NCBI GenBank assembly: GCA_903833275.1
Contig: CAILEP010000015.1
Span: 22,490-86,489, forward strand
Source: an uncultured Bdellovibrionales bacterium
Lineage (GTDB): Bacteria; Bdellovibrionota; Bdellovibrionia; Bdellovibrionales; UBA1609
Direction of reading: 5' to 3'
DNA length: 64,000 nucleotides
Shown one piece after another: positions 44,272-54,056 of this stretch (its first letter is position 1; each line of letters starts with the position of its first letter). Under the pieces are notes generated by a model that searched no databases, was not told where the DNA came from, and saw only the letters and a program-made list of their open reading frames with translations. A program made the translations under genes and the position numbers.

Positions 44272-45217
44272 ACTCACCACCTTGCAATCGAACTTTGTAT
44301 TCATTTAGCTTATTTCTAAGCGTTCGAATGCTGATACCCAAAAGTTGTGCTGCCTGCGTTCGATTTTGATTTGTATATTCAAGTGTTTTCAAAATAAGAA
44401 GCTTTTCAACTTCGCCAATGGTCATACCAGCTGAAAGCTCAACTTCGTCTGTCTCACTGTTCGGCATTTCGATTGCGACGTCTCGATCTTCGATCACTTG
44501 AGCTCTTGATAAAAGAACCGAACGCTCGATGACATTTTGCAATTCGCGAACATTGCCCGGCCAGCGCCAACTTTTAAGTTTAGATAGTGCCGTTTCGCCG
44601 AGAGTCTTTCTTGCGAGGCCGTTTGTTACACATGAAAGCTCAACAAACGTATGACTAAGAAGCTCTATGTCACGTACCCGCTGACGAAGTGGCGGGATTT
44701 CGATTGGAATGACATTAAGACGGTAATACAAATCTTCGCGAAACTGGCCGAGCTTCACAAGTTCGGCGAGATTGCGATTAGTGGCCGCTACTATTCTCAC
44801 GTCAACTTTAATGGGCTTAAGCGAACCGAGTCGCTCGATTTCGCCTTCTTGAATAACTCGAAGAATTTTGGCCTGCAAATTTAATGGCAGCTCTGAAATC
44901 TCATCGAGCAAAAATGTGCTTTGATGGGCATGTTCGAATTTACCAATTTTTCGTGCATCTGCACCGGTGAAGGCCCCTCTCTCGTACCCAAACAATTCGC
45001 TTTCAAGAAGGCCATCTGGCACCGCTGCGCAGTTAAGCGCCACAAACGTTTTTTGCGAACGATTGCTGCGGGCGTGAATATAATGTGCCAGCAGCTCTTT
45101 GCCTGTGCCGCTTTCGCCGTGCAAAAGAATGGTCGCGCGGCTGGTGGCCACGTTCTCAGCGATCTCAAGTATCTTTTTCATTTTGGCGTCAGCAGTGTGA
45201 ATGATCTTTTCTTGCAT
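44252..45217 (-). CDS. sigma-54-dependent transcriptional activator lacking any N-terminal regulatory domain
   Basis: Begins directly with the AAA+ domain (LLHGESGTGKE, ESELFGYERGAFTGA). Has a C-terminal Fis-type HTH (NRTQAAQLLGISIRTLRNKL). Only 321 aa. Confidence 0.85.
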   Translation of the reverse strand: MQEKIIHTADAKMKKILEIAENVATSRATILLHGESGTGKELLAHYIHARSNRSQKTFVALNCAAVPDGLLESELFGYERGAFTGADARKIGKFEHAHQSTFLLDEISELPLNLQAKILRVIQEGEIERLGSLKPIKVDVRIVAATNRNLAELVKLGQFREDLYYRLNVIPIEIPPLRQRVRDIELLSHTFVELSCVTNGLARKTLGETALSKLKSWRWPGNVRELQNVIERSVLLSRAQVIEDRDVAIEMPNSETDEVELSAGMTIGEVEKLLILKTLEYTNQNRTQAAQLLGISIRTLRNKLNEYKVRLQGGEYEQRTV

Positions 45218-45229
45218 TCTATTCGCCTC

Positions 45230-48178
45230 TCACTTTAGATCTTGGGCCGCGGGTATACGATCAATGTACTTGCGATACGTGTCTTGCCATTCTGCTTGGT
45301 GAATCTTTTCTTGCGCCAGCCGCTTATAAAGCCCACCATTCTTGTCGTCGAGTGCATTCCAAATTTTTTCGGCGCCCTTAAGGTCACCCTCTTCAAATAA
45401 AATCTTACCGGCCTTATAGCGAATTGAACTGAGTGGTCGCGTGTGCTCATAGGCATCAAGAAGCTTTTGATAGGCCTGAACTGCCGCAAGTTTTTGGCCT
45501 TGGCCGAACAAAATATCACCCTGCATTTCAAGAACTAGAGCCCATTGCTCTTCACTCATCGCCTTGGTCTCGTTCATTTTCTCAAGTTTCTTCAGGTGAT
45601 GATCGGCACTGACGAAATCTTTCTCTTTTAGATAGAGTTTCGACAAATGAAGTTCAGGCTGAACCATAAGGCCTGATTTATCCGAGGAGTCTGCGGTTAA
45701 CTTATCTAGGTTTCGAATCGCGGCCTTTATATCGCCCATTTGCTCTGCGACATTGGCCGCAATCTGCACACGCTCGACCTCTTCGCGAGCCACAAGGGGT
45801 TGCTTTATTTTTTCTAAATAGCCAAAGGCCTCGCGATACTGATGTTCACTCGTGGCTGTAGCAGCCAAACGCAGGTTGATTTCATCTTTTGTCGGCAGAT
45901 GCTCATAGACCCGGCGCTCTTTCTCTTCTTTCGTGCCGGCGATTTCAGCGAGGCGATCTTGAATTCTATGATACGTTTTTGCCGCCTCTTCAGGGTCACC
46001 GGCCTGCTCAAACGCGAACGCCTGATAATAGTCGGTGTCGATACGATTGGCATTTTTCAACCAGGTCGTCGCGTATTTACCGTAAAAGTTAAGGGCCTCG
46101 ATATACTTATTGCCATCAACATCTTCTTTCAAGATATCTGAAAGATTTCGTAGAATACGGGCTTTAAAGACATTTAGATTCGCATTCGTCGGATGTTTTT
46201 GAAAGTACGTAAGCAAGCCGTCAAGCGCTGGCTTATACTCGCCCCGTCGAGATAAACCATCGGCTATCACCAGCGTTGTGAATTCTTGCATCTGCGGCAG
46301 AGTCGATTTCTTAGCAATCTCATTAATTTCTTCAATGGCGCGCTTCTTCTCGCGCTCTTTCATCCCCTTAAGGCCTTGACTGAGCATTCGAATTCGCGCC
46401 ACTTCGCTACCCTGACTATTGGGGTAACGAAAGTAGCTTTCAACATAAGCACCGACGACTCGACTTTGTTCAGCCCCCAAAATTTGCAATAGCTCGCCGA
46501 TTCGAGTGAGCGCAAAGCCGCCATGTTCGTGGCTCGGAAACAAACTTACGAAATCGATAAAATCATTTAAGCTTTGCTTGTAGTGACCGATCCAAAATTC
46601 GCTCTCGCTTAGATTGTATTTTGCGTTCGGGTACGTTGACTCAAACTGCGGGTATTTCTTTAAAACCTCTTGGTAACTTGCAATCGCCTTGGCATAGGCC
46701 TTTTCGCCAAAATAGACGTCGCCGATTCGATAGGCCGCTTCGACGCCAAACGACTTCTCGCGTGGATTTTTAGCAATTTCTTCGTATATTTTAATCGCAT
46801 CGCTCGGTCTGTTTAAAAGCACATAAGCTTCGCCCATGGCCATGCGGGCAAAGTCACGCTCTGTGGTGGTCGGAAATTTCTGCAGAAGAACCTCAAGATT
46901 TCTTACGGTTTCTGCGCCGTCGCCACTGGCGAGACTCGCGTAGGCAACAATTTCAAGATTTCTTTCCGTGAGAACTGAATTCGGGTAAGTTCTCGCCAAA
47001 TATTGATTGAGCGAACGAAAGGCCTCAAAATCTTTCGGGTCGGCATCTCGTTGAAACAGTCGATAGTGCGCTTCGGCAGCTAGATTTTTAACTGTCTCAT
47101 CGTAACGAGAATTCGGATGTTTTTTTACAAAGAAGTCATATGTTTTGAAAAATGCACCCCAGCGTGCTTTTTTGTAGAGCGTTAGCAAAAATCGCGCTTC
47201 TTTGTTCTCGTCATTATTCTCTTCGCTTAAATCATAAATGGGCGTATTTTTCATCAGCTCTTCGAAGCGCTTCGACTTCATCGCCAACATCGGATACCGA
47301 ATATAGATGTTCTGTTGACTCGCGATTACAGCTTCTTCTTTAACCTGATAGTCTTTAATTCGAAAACGATTGTAATTGGGGTCACCGCCATCGAAAATAC
47401 CGCGCTCAAATTGCGTATTAACTTCACCAGCCTCTTCGGGGTTTTGACTGAGCACTTGGGCTGGCTTACCGGGGCCAACAGCGGCATCGACTTTTAGAAT
47501 CTCGTCGCTGGCAGGGCTTCTATCTCTCTTTTTATACTCCTCATTGGCAGCAGTTTTTGCCGATTTCTTTGCGGCACCCTTGGCATTTGCTGCCTTGGCT
47601 TTCTTCAATTCTGTTTTATTCGCTTCGCTTGGCGATTTGTCGCCAGCAGCGTCATCTGTCGCCTGCTCCGAATTTTTGTCGGTACTTTTTTCTTTGGCCT
47701 TTGATTTGTAGAAATCAAAAACTAAATAAGACGGGTCGTCCGTTAGATAATCGAACGAATCGACGTCCTTGTCTGCAAGTCTAATAAAAAGCTCGTAGTT
47801 ACCATCTGGCCCGCGGCGATTAACATCGATTTTCTTTATAAGTGGGCAGGCCCATGTTTGAAGCGAAACGACGGTTTTGTCGTCAAATGGCGGCAATACC
47901 ACTCGAATCGTGTCGTTTTCTTTTTTCGGCGAATCGTAGGCCCATTGTTGTCGACCACGAAATTCAAGGTGTGTGGTATCGCCAATCCGTGAGATTAACC
48001 CTGCGATTGGTGCCACCGACGAATTCTGTACCGAATTCTGTATCACTGGCTGCGCCGCCGAGGCCTGCTGGGGCTTCGATTGCGCATTAGCAACGACCGC
48101 CGCCAAAGCGACAACCAGCACGATCAAAGTCATGCTAATGTAGAACCCTATCTGTCGTTCGTCCTGAACTCTTCTCAC
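45230..48178 (-). CDS. large exported/anchored TPR-repeat protein
   Basis: N-terminal hydrophobic segment MTLIVLVVALAAVVANA. Many TPR-like A..Y...L repeats. First gene behind the sigma-54 promoter. GTG start, with an alternative ATG at 48133. Confidence 0.75.
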   Translation of the reverse strand: MRRVQDERQIGFYISMTLIVLVVALAAVVANAQSKPQQASAAQPVIQNSVQNSSVAPIAGLISRIGDTTHLEFRGRQQWAYDSPKKENDTIRVVLPPFDDKTVVSLQTWACPLIKKIDVNRRGPDGNYELFIRLADKDVDSFDYLTDDPSYLVFDFYKSKAKEKSTDKNSEQATDDAAGDKSPSEANKTELKKAKAANAKGAAKKSAKTAANEEYKKRDRSPASDEILKVDAAVGPGKPAQVLSQNPEEAGEVNTQFERGIFDGGDPNYNRFRIKDYQVKEEAVIASQQNIYIRYPMLAMKSKRFEELMKNTPIYDLSEENNDENKEARFLLTLYKKARWGAFFKTYDFFVKKHPNSRYDETVKNLAAEAHYRLFQRDADPKDFEAFRSLNQYLARTYPNSVLTERNLEIVAYASLASGDGAETVRNLEVLLQKFPTTTERDFARMAMGEAYVLLNRPSDAIKIYEEIAKNPREKSFGVEAAYRIGDVYFGEKAYAKAIASYQEVLKKYPQFESTYPNAKYNLSESEFWIGHYKQSLNDFIDFVSLFPSHEHGGFALTRIGELLQILGAEQSRVVGAYVESYFRYPNSQGSEVARIRMLSQGLKGMKEREKKRAIEEINEIAKKSTLPQMQEFTTLVIADGLSRRGEYKPALDGLLTYFQKHPTNANLNVFKARILRNLSDILKEDVDGNKYIEALNFYGKYATTWLKNANRIDTDYYQAFAFEQAGDPEEAAKTYHRIQDRLAEIAGTKEEKERRVYEHLPTKDEINLRLAATATSEHQYREAFGYLEKIKQPLVAREEVERVQIAANVAEQMGDIKAAIRNLDKLTADSSDKSGLMVQPELHLSKLYLKEKDFVSADHHLKKLEKMNETKAMSEEQWALVLEMQGDILFGQGQKLAAVQAYQKLLDAYEHTRPLSSIRYKAGKILFEEGDLKGAEKIWNALDDKNGGLYKRLAQEKIHQAEWQDTYRKYIDRIPAAQDLK

Positions 48179-48226
48179 CCAGACCTCATGTCGAGATGTG
48201 TTACTAGTCTACTCTAACGGTCTAAT

Positions 48227-48244
48227 AAGCAGTTTCGGTGCCAA
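48227..48244 (-). promoter_or_regulatory. sigma-54 (-24/-12) promoter of the TPR-activator-flagellar block
   Basis: Minus strand reads TTGGCACcgaaaCTGCTT with exact GG-to-GC spacing. It lies about 50 nt upstream of the GTG at 48178. Confidence 0.6.
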
Positions 48245-48374
48245 CACCAAACCGGCTTTTTTTGCCTATTCGACCTCGACTTTCTAACTCAACGTCGAGA
48301 ACTTGCGCCGACATCTTGGCACAGGCCTGCCAAACTCATGACGTTTGTAAAACCTGCCGATAATAACAAGACGC

Positions 48375-48896
48375 GTGAAGGCATTAACATCTATGAGTAT
48401 TTCAATTTTTATTTCGAGGCTCGCCAAACTCGCACTCGCCCTTACTTTGGGTGGTTGCGTTTCTCTCAATTTCGGCGGCGCTAAAATTATTAAATCAAAT
48501 GAAGTCAAATTTAAAGAGCCGGTTAAACCATTTCGCGAGGTAAAAACAGCAGCTCAAGATCACACTTGGCGAAATGAACTGAACGGCAATACGATTTCTT
48601 ACCTAAGCGAATGCAATGACCCCTCAGACCCGTCGCTCGAACAAATTGCCACCGGCATCACTGGCGAAATCGACGATGCTCAGAAAATTGAGAGCAGCGA
48701 AGTTGATTTTAATTCAAGGCCCGCACTGCACTCGATTGTCGACGGCAAAGTTGATGGTATTGCGACCCGCTTTGAGCTGATGATCTTAAAAAAGAACAGC
48801 TGCATTTACGTACTGACCTACGCCGCAGTGACGAGTGACTTTGCCGCCAGTCAGAAAGACTTTATCGCATTTGCTAAAGGGTTTCAGGTGCCATGA
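48375..48896 (+). CDS. hypothetical lipoprotein preceding mlaEFD
   Basis: Lipobox LALTLGGC. Stop overlaps the mlaE start (ATGA). Confidence 0.6.
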   Translation: MKALTSMSISIFISRLAKLALALTLGGCVSLNFGGAKIIKSNEVKFKEPVKPFREVKTAAQDHTWRNELNGNTISYLSECNDPSDPSLEQIATGITGEIDDAQKIESSEVDFNSRPALHSIVDGKVDGIATRFELMILKKNSCIYVLTYAAVTSDFAASQKDFIAFAKGFQVP

Positions 48897-49660
48897 ATAC
48901 GAGAACGGCCCGCTTTCTCAATTTTGTCGGCGGTAACGCGATCCTCTCACGAGATATCACGCGCCAGCTTTTCACCCGCCCTTTCTATTTCGACTTGCTA
49001 TCAAGTCAACTTCTAACCATCGGCGTCCGCTCGCTTCCTCTGATTTTTGTAGTCGCGATTAGCGTCGGCATGGTAATGGCCTTGCAATTTGGCATTGGCC
49101 TCGAGAAATTTGGTGGCAAACTTTATATTCCGAAACTTGTTTCAGTTTCGATAACCCGCGAGCTTGGGCCCATCTTCGCAAGCCTTATGTTCGCGGCCCG
49201 CGTAGGCGCCGGCATCACCGCCGAAGTCGCCTCAATGGTTGTCAGTCAGCAAGTCGATGCCCTCCGCGCTCTCGGCACTTCGCCGGTCAAGAAAATCATC
49301 ATCCCGCGTGTACTGGCTTGCCTCATCGCGCTACCAATACTCACAGTTATTGGCAATGCCATTGGCCTGATGGGCGGTCTTTTCGTTGGCGTTCTCGACC
49401 TTAATTTGAATTCGGGTTTTTATCTTCAAAAAATTGAAGCCTCTGTGACCCTCGCCGATTTCTTTTCAGGAGTTGGCAAAACGGTATTTTTCTCTTTGTT
49501 TATTTCGATCCCGGCCTGTTACTACGGGCTGCACGTTCAACGCGGCACTCGCGGGGTTGGCATCGCCACCACTGAAGCCGTGGTCACCGCCTCAATACTG
49601 ATTTTCATTGGCGACTATTTCCTAACCAAATTCTTTTGGATATTTGAGTCATGGAAGTAA
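48893..49660 (+). CDS. mlaE: phospholipid/lipid-asymmetry ABC transporter permease MlaE
   Basis: MlaE-type permease sequence (RELGPIFASLMFAARVGAGITAE...) and operon context. Confidence 0.85.
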   Translation: MNTRTARFLNFVGGNAILSRDITRQLFTRPFYFDLLSSQLLTIGVRSLPLIFVVAISVGMVMALQFGIGLEKFGGKLYIPKLVSVSITRELGPIFASLMFAARVGAGITAEVASMVVSQQVDALRALGTSPVKKIIIPRVLACLIALPILTVIGNAIGLMGGLFVGVLDLNLNSGFYLQKIEASVTLADFFSGVGKTVFFSLFISIPACYYGLHVQRGTRGVGIATTEAVVTASILIFIGDYFLTKFFWIFESWK

Positions 49661-50373
49661 TTAGCGTCAATCACCTCAGAAAAATGTTTGCCAATAAAAC
49701 GATCCATCGTGATGTAAGCTTCAAAGTGAAAGAGGGCGAATGTCTTGGCCTACTTGGCGGCTCTGGCGCTGGCAAGAGTGTCATTTTGCGAAGTCTAATC
49801 GGGCTCGAAAAACCCGATGGCGGCGAAATTAGAATCGATGGAGTTGATATTAGTAAGCTGTCAGAGCCGCAACTCTATGAAATTCGAAAAAAAGTAGCCT
49901 ACGCATTTCAAAACGGGGCCCTGTTTGATTCTCTGACTGTATTTGAAAACGTCGCCTACGCTCTCAAAGAGCACACCACACTCAGTGACAAAGACATCCG
50001 CCTAAAGGTTCACGACCTGCTAAAAGACTTCAACCTCGATGGATGCGAAAACCTCTTTCCGAACGAACTCTCGGGCGGAATGCAAAAGCGAGTGGGCCTG
50101 GCCCGCGCTATAATTCTGGGGCCACGCGCGATTCTTTATGATGAGCCTACGGCCGGCCTAGACCCCGCCAATACGATAACGATTCAAAATTTGATTTTAC
50201 ACCTTAAAGAATCGGGCACTACATCGATATTGGTGACCCACGATATGGATACCGCACTTCGCGTTTGCGATCGAATTTGCTTTCTTGATAAGGGCGAAAT
50301 TGAAGATCTTGGTTCAGTTGAAGAAATTAAAAAAGATCGAACTAGACTCATGAGTCTTTTCGTTCGGGGGTAG
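49651..50373 (+). CDS. mlaF: ABC transporter ATP-binding protein MlaF
   Basis: Walker A GGSGAGKS, signature LSGGMQKRV, Walker B ILYDEP. Confidence 0.9.
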   Translation: MEVISVNHLRKMFANKTIHRDVSFKVKEGECLGLLGGSGAGKSVILRSLIGLEKPDGGEIRIDGVDISKLSEPQLYEIRKKVAYAFQNGALFDSLTVFENVAYALKEHTTLSDKDIRLKVHDLLKDFNLDGCENLFPNELSGGMQKRVGLARAIILGPRAILYDEPTAGLDPANTITIQNLILHLKESGTTSILVTHDMDTALRVCDRICFLDKGEIEDLGSVEEIKKDRTRLMSLFVRG

Positions 50374-50374
50374 A

Positions 50375-51157
50375 ATGACTGAGAAATATACGAATCTAAA
50401 AACCGGCCTCTTTGTTCTCGTCGGCGTTGGGGTTTTTCTTGGCTCCATTCTTATTTTTGGTGGCGCCCGCAACTTTATGCGTAGCTACAACCACTACAAT
50501 GTTAAGTTTCGATCGACCCAAGGCCTTTCTACCGGCAGCGTGGTTTCGCTTTCTGGGATGGAGGCCGGCAATGTCGAAAGCATTAACTTCGGCGACAATT
50601 CTCTAGTCGTTGCTCACTTAAAAATTGATCGGGCCTATGGCCAACTCATCACTGACAAATCACTTGCGACCATCCGCACCCAAGGCGCGCTCGGCGATAA
50701 ATATATTTACATCAATCCAGGCGAGGCCTCAGGCAAAACCATTGCCAACGACGGCGTTATACCAACCGAAACCTCGCCCGATTTAATTGAAATGATAACC
50801 CAAGGCAAGGGCCCCGACTTCTCTCTCGTGCTTGATACACTCCATGAGTTCAATGTGCTTTTAAATAATATAAATGCCAATGGTCGTTCTGCAAATTTGA
50901 TGGATAACCTTGTGGGCGCCTCACACGACGTTTCTCATCTTATGAGCGAGCCTAGCATCCGAGATTCGTTTGCTCGGCTTAAAAGTATTTTAAGCAAAAT
51001 TGACCGTGGCGAAGGCACGCTTGGGGCTCTGGTAAACGATGCGACTCTTTACAATCGCCTTGTGTCCCTGGTTGGCGACGAGCCCCGCAACAAGTATTTG
51101 AAGCCCCTTTTGCGAGAGGCCATTAAGCAGAACGAGAAGAACGAACCGCCGCGATAA
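50375..51157 (+). CDS. mlaD: MCE-domain substrate-binding protein MlaD
   Basis: N-terminal TM anchor followed by an MCE domain (VKFRSTQGLSTGSVVSLSGMEAGNVESI). Confidence 0.8.
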   Translation: MTEKYTNLKTGLFVLVGVGVFLGSILIFGGARNFMRSYNHYNVKFRSTQGLSTGSVVSLSGMEAGNVESINFGDNSLVVAHLKIDRAYGQLITDKSLATIRTQGALGDKYIYINPGEASGKTIANDGVIPTETSPDLIEMITQGKGPDFSLVLDTLHEFNVLLNNINANGRSANLMDNLVGASHDVSHLMSEPSIRDSFARLKSILSKIDRGEGTLGALVNDATLYNRLVSLVGDEPRNKYLKPLLREAIKQNEKNEPPR

Positions 51158-51173
51158 ACGCGAGGGGACTACC

Positions 51174-51554
51174 TTACTTTTCGATAAATGACTTAAATTC
51201 TTCTGAGGTTTCTTCGGGCGCCGGCACATCTTTGCGATCGAGAGTAAATCGAATCGATCGCACCCATCTCTTGCCAATAAAAGTATTAATTTTTTGCATC
51301 AAGGGTCTGACCATAAAAGTCAGCTCTTGCATGCGGGCCGAAGATTTACACCAAACATAAAGAGTGCCCTTGAGATAGCCAACTGGCAGCGAGCTCGCGG
51401 CGATTTCAGCACCCACAAGTTCGGCCCATGAGTTCCAAAGGCGCCAACGCAAAAAAGCATCCGAAAGGCCATTGCTTTGGCCCTTCATAAGATTTTGCAA
51501 AACGGCTGCCGCTGAATCGAGCTGAGAATCACGCTCGTTTTTTTTGTTCGACAT
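51174..51554 (-). CDS. DUF721 (DciA-like) protein
   Basis: WNSWAELVGAEIAASSLPVGYLKGTLYVWCKSSARMQEL matches the DUF721 pattern. Confidence 0.7.
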   Translation of the reverse strand: MSNKKNERDSQLDSAAAVLQNLMKGQSNGLSDAFLRWRLWNSWAELVGAEIAASSLPVGYLKGTLYVWCKSSARMQELTFMVRPLMQKINTFIGKRWVRSIRFTLDRKDVPAPEETSEEFKSFIEK

Positions 51555-51795
51555 TGGCCCCCTTGAGACAAAAGACTATTACCAGGGGTCGCCGATCGGG
51601 ACAATTAAATATTCACCCCCTGTTTCTCGACATAGGCTCGTATATTTTGCTTGGCGAGTGGCTGGCATGAGCTCTGACCGCCCTGAAGTGATTTACCGAG
51701 CCTATTCGACTAAAAAATCCTTGGTTTATACACAAATTAACCATCGCGCCTTGCGAAATCTTGCGGTTCTAGACCGAAGTCGGTAATAAAACGCA

Positions 51796-53193
51796 ATGAC
51801 ACAAGAAAGACCAATTTATGTTGTGGGTGGCGGCCTTGCGGGCTCCGAGTGTGCTTGGCAATTGGCTGAGCGCGGGCACTCGGTAGTTCTAATTGAAATG
51901 CGAGGAGTGCAGTCGACACCAGCGCACACCACTGATCGCCTCGCTGAACTTGTCTGTTCGAACTCGTTTGGCTCACAGACAGATTACTCCGCGCCGGGGC
52001 AATTAAAATGGGAGGCCGAGAAACTCGGATCACTTATTTTAAAAGCGGCGCGCGAATCGACCATACCGGCCGGAATGGCTCTCGGAGTTGATCGTGTTGT
52101 TTTTGCCAACAGCATTACTGAAGCCATCGCTAATCATCCGCGAATTCGAATTGAGCGCCGAGTGGTGCGGGATTTAGCTGATATCCCTCGACCGACGGTC
52201 ATTGCCACCGGGCCCCTCACCGACCAAAGTCTTGCCGAGAGCATTCGCAATCACCTTCGCGATGACGGAGACGCGGCTACGAGCGGCGCTGATGCCGTCG
52301 GTACGGCAACCGCCGGCGCCGAATCTGAGTTTTTGTACTTCTTCGATGCCATTGCGCCCATTATCGATGTTGACACTATCAACATGGACATCGCCTTTAA
52401 GGCCGATCGCTTCGATAACGGCACCAATGACTACATCAATTGCCCCTTTGATAAAGAGCCGTATTTTAAGTTTATAGAGGCAATTAAAAATGCGCGCAAA
52501 ATCGAACCGAAAGAATTTGAAAATGTCCCCTACTTCGAAAGTTGCATGCCCATCGAGGTCATGGTTGATCGCGGGCCATTGACTCCACGCTTTGGGCCAA
52601 TGTCGCCGAACGGAATTCGTCATCCTAAAACTGGCGAGAAGCCCTACGCAGTCGTTCAGTTACGCCAGGAGAATCGCGAAGCCACCTCTTACAATATGGT
52701 CGGCTTTCAAACCAAAATGGCCTACGGTGATCAAAAAGAAGTTTTTCGAATGATCCCCGGCCTCGAGAACGCCGAATTTCTAAAGCTCGGCAGCATCCAC
52801 CGCAATATGTATATTCACTCCCCGCGAAAATTAAGCCCGGTGCTTTCGAGCAAGAAAGATGCAGAGTTATTTTTTGCCGGCCAAATTACTGGCGTCGAAG
52901 GCTATTTCGATTCGACCTGCATCGGCCTACTTGTTGCGCGTTTTTTACACGACCGCTTGAGTGGCCGCGAAGTCGCCATGCCCCCGCGCGAAACCGCTTT
53001 CGGCTCTTTGTTAAATGCGATCACTGAGCCTAAAAAGCACTTTCAACCGACCAATATTAACTTTGGATTATTTCCGGTGCCTGACATGAAAACCCGCAAT
53101 CAGAAAGACCGCGAGCTAAAACGAGAAGTTCAACTTGAAATAGCTAAGGCTGCGATGACAAAGTGGGTTTCTGAAACGACCGGCCTTGGCTAG
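51796..53193 (+). CDS. trmFO: methylenetetrahydrofolate--tRNA-(uracil-5-)-methyltransferase TrmFO
   Basis: FAD motif VVGGGLAGSE. ...ATGPLT..., ...GFQTKM..., ...FAGQITGVEGY... Carries a low-complexity insert (see findings). Confidence 0.92.
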   Translation: MTQERPIYVVGGGLAGSECAWQLAERGHSVVLIEMRGVQSTPAHTTDRLAELVCSNSFGSQTDYSAPGQLKWEAEKLGSLILKAARESTIPAGMALGVDRVVFANSITEAIANHPRIRIERRVVRDLADIPRPTVIATGPLTDQSLAESIRNHLRDDGDAATSGADAVGTATAGAESEFLYFFDAIAPIIDVDTINMDIAFKADRFDNGTNDYINCPFDKEPYFKFIEAIKNARKIEPKEFENVPYFESCMPIEVMVDRGPLTPRFGPMSPNGIRHPKTGEKPYAVVQLRQENREATSYNMVGFQTKMAYGDQKEVFRMIPGLENAEFLKLGSIHRNMYIHSPRKLSPVLSSKKDAELFFAGQITGVEGYFDSTCIGLLVARFLHDRLSGREVAMPPRETAFGSLLNAITEPKKHFQPTNINFGLFPVPDMKTRNQKDRELKREVQLEIAKAAMTKWVSETTGLG

Positions 53194-53227
53194 TGCCTCG
53201 ATGGCCTAGCAAGCGACACAACATCCG

Positions 53228-54043
53228 TCATTTCGCCTGCGACGAAAACCACTTACGAAGTTCATATTTTATTTTTTCCGGCATTTGTATGGGCAACCCG
53301 TGAGCGGCATCGGCGTACTCAACGTACTTCGAGCCCGGCACGGCTGCTGCCAAGGCCATGCCCGAAGCGCACGTCGCAATTTTGTCTTGGGCCGCCGAAA
53401 TCACGAGGGTTGGGATCTCTTTCAATCGCCCTAAATCTTTAAAGCGATCATGCGACTTCAAAGCGTTAAACTGTTTCATAAGCACTGGCGGGGTCACTGC
53501 CAAATCTCGACCCACAATTTTACCCACTTGCGCCGCGAAAGAATTCAATTCAACCCCGCGAAGAAAACTCGAGGTAAACAACATTTCTAAAAATGCTCGA
53601 CGCCGTTTTGCCAAAGAACCGACTCTTGTTCGAAAGAACATCCACAATGACCAGAATGTAAATCGGGCGCCGTCGGCACCGCAGGCAAAGGTGCACATCA
53701 GAGTCAGCGATTTCACTCTCTTGGGTCGGTTTAAGCCCATCTCTTGGGCGATAATACCGCCCAGCGAGTGGCCCACGATATGAGCGCTCTCCCAGCCGAG
53801 GTGATCCATGAGGGCAAAAGCATCCTCGGCCATCTCAGCAACAGTCACCCCGCCGGAGTTAATTTGGCTAAGACCAATACCTCGGTTGTCGAAACTCACA
53901 GTTTCATGATCTCGGCTCAAATCATCGAGCTGAGGGCGCCACCCCTCGCCGGTGACTCCGATACCCTGAATAAAAAGCACCGGCTGCCCCTGGCCGCCGA
54001 CCTGATAGTTAATATTTGCACTGGGTGTTTTTAAAATTGGCAT
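53228..54043 (-). CDS. alpha/beta-fold hydrolase
   Basis: Nucleophile elbow VGHSLGG, an oxyanion-hole-type LFIQG, and a C-terminal His region (DAAHG). Confidence 0.8.
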   Translation of the reverse strand: MPILKTPSANINYQVGGQGQPVLFIQGIGVTGEGWRPQLDDLSRDHETVSFDNRGIGLSQINSGGVTVAEMAEDAFALMDHLGWESAHIVGHSLGGIIAQEMGLNRPKRVKSLTLMCTFACGADGARFTFWSLWMFFRTRVGSLAKRRRAFLEMLFTSSFLRGVELNSFAAQVGKIVGRDLAVTPPVLMKQFNALKSHDRFKDLGRLKEIPTLVISAAQDKIATCASGMALAAAVPGSKYVEYADAAHGLPIQMPEKIKYELRKWFSSQAK

Positions 54044-54056
54044 TTAGTCTTGCCGC

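Noticed and set aside
48317-48331. TTGGCACaggcCTGCC upstream of the mla-linked lipoprotein gene
   Set aside because: The GG-to-GC spacing is one nucleotide short of the strict sigma-54 spacing. Probably a chance match.
51652-51667. TGGCGAGTGGCTGGCA upstream of trmFO, with correct GG/GC spacing
   Set aside because: Both elements deviate in flanking positions (GGCGA, TGGCA). It lies about 130 nt from a housekeeping gene, and no supporting context was found. Regarded as a chance match.
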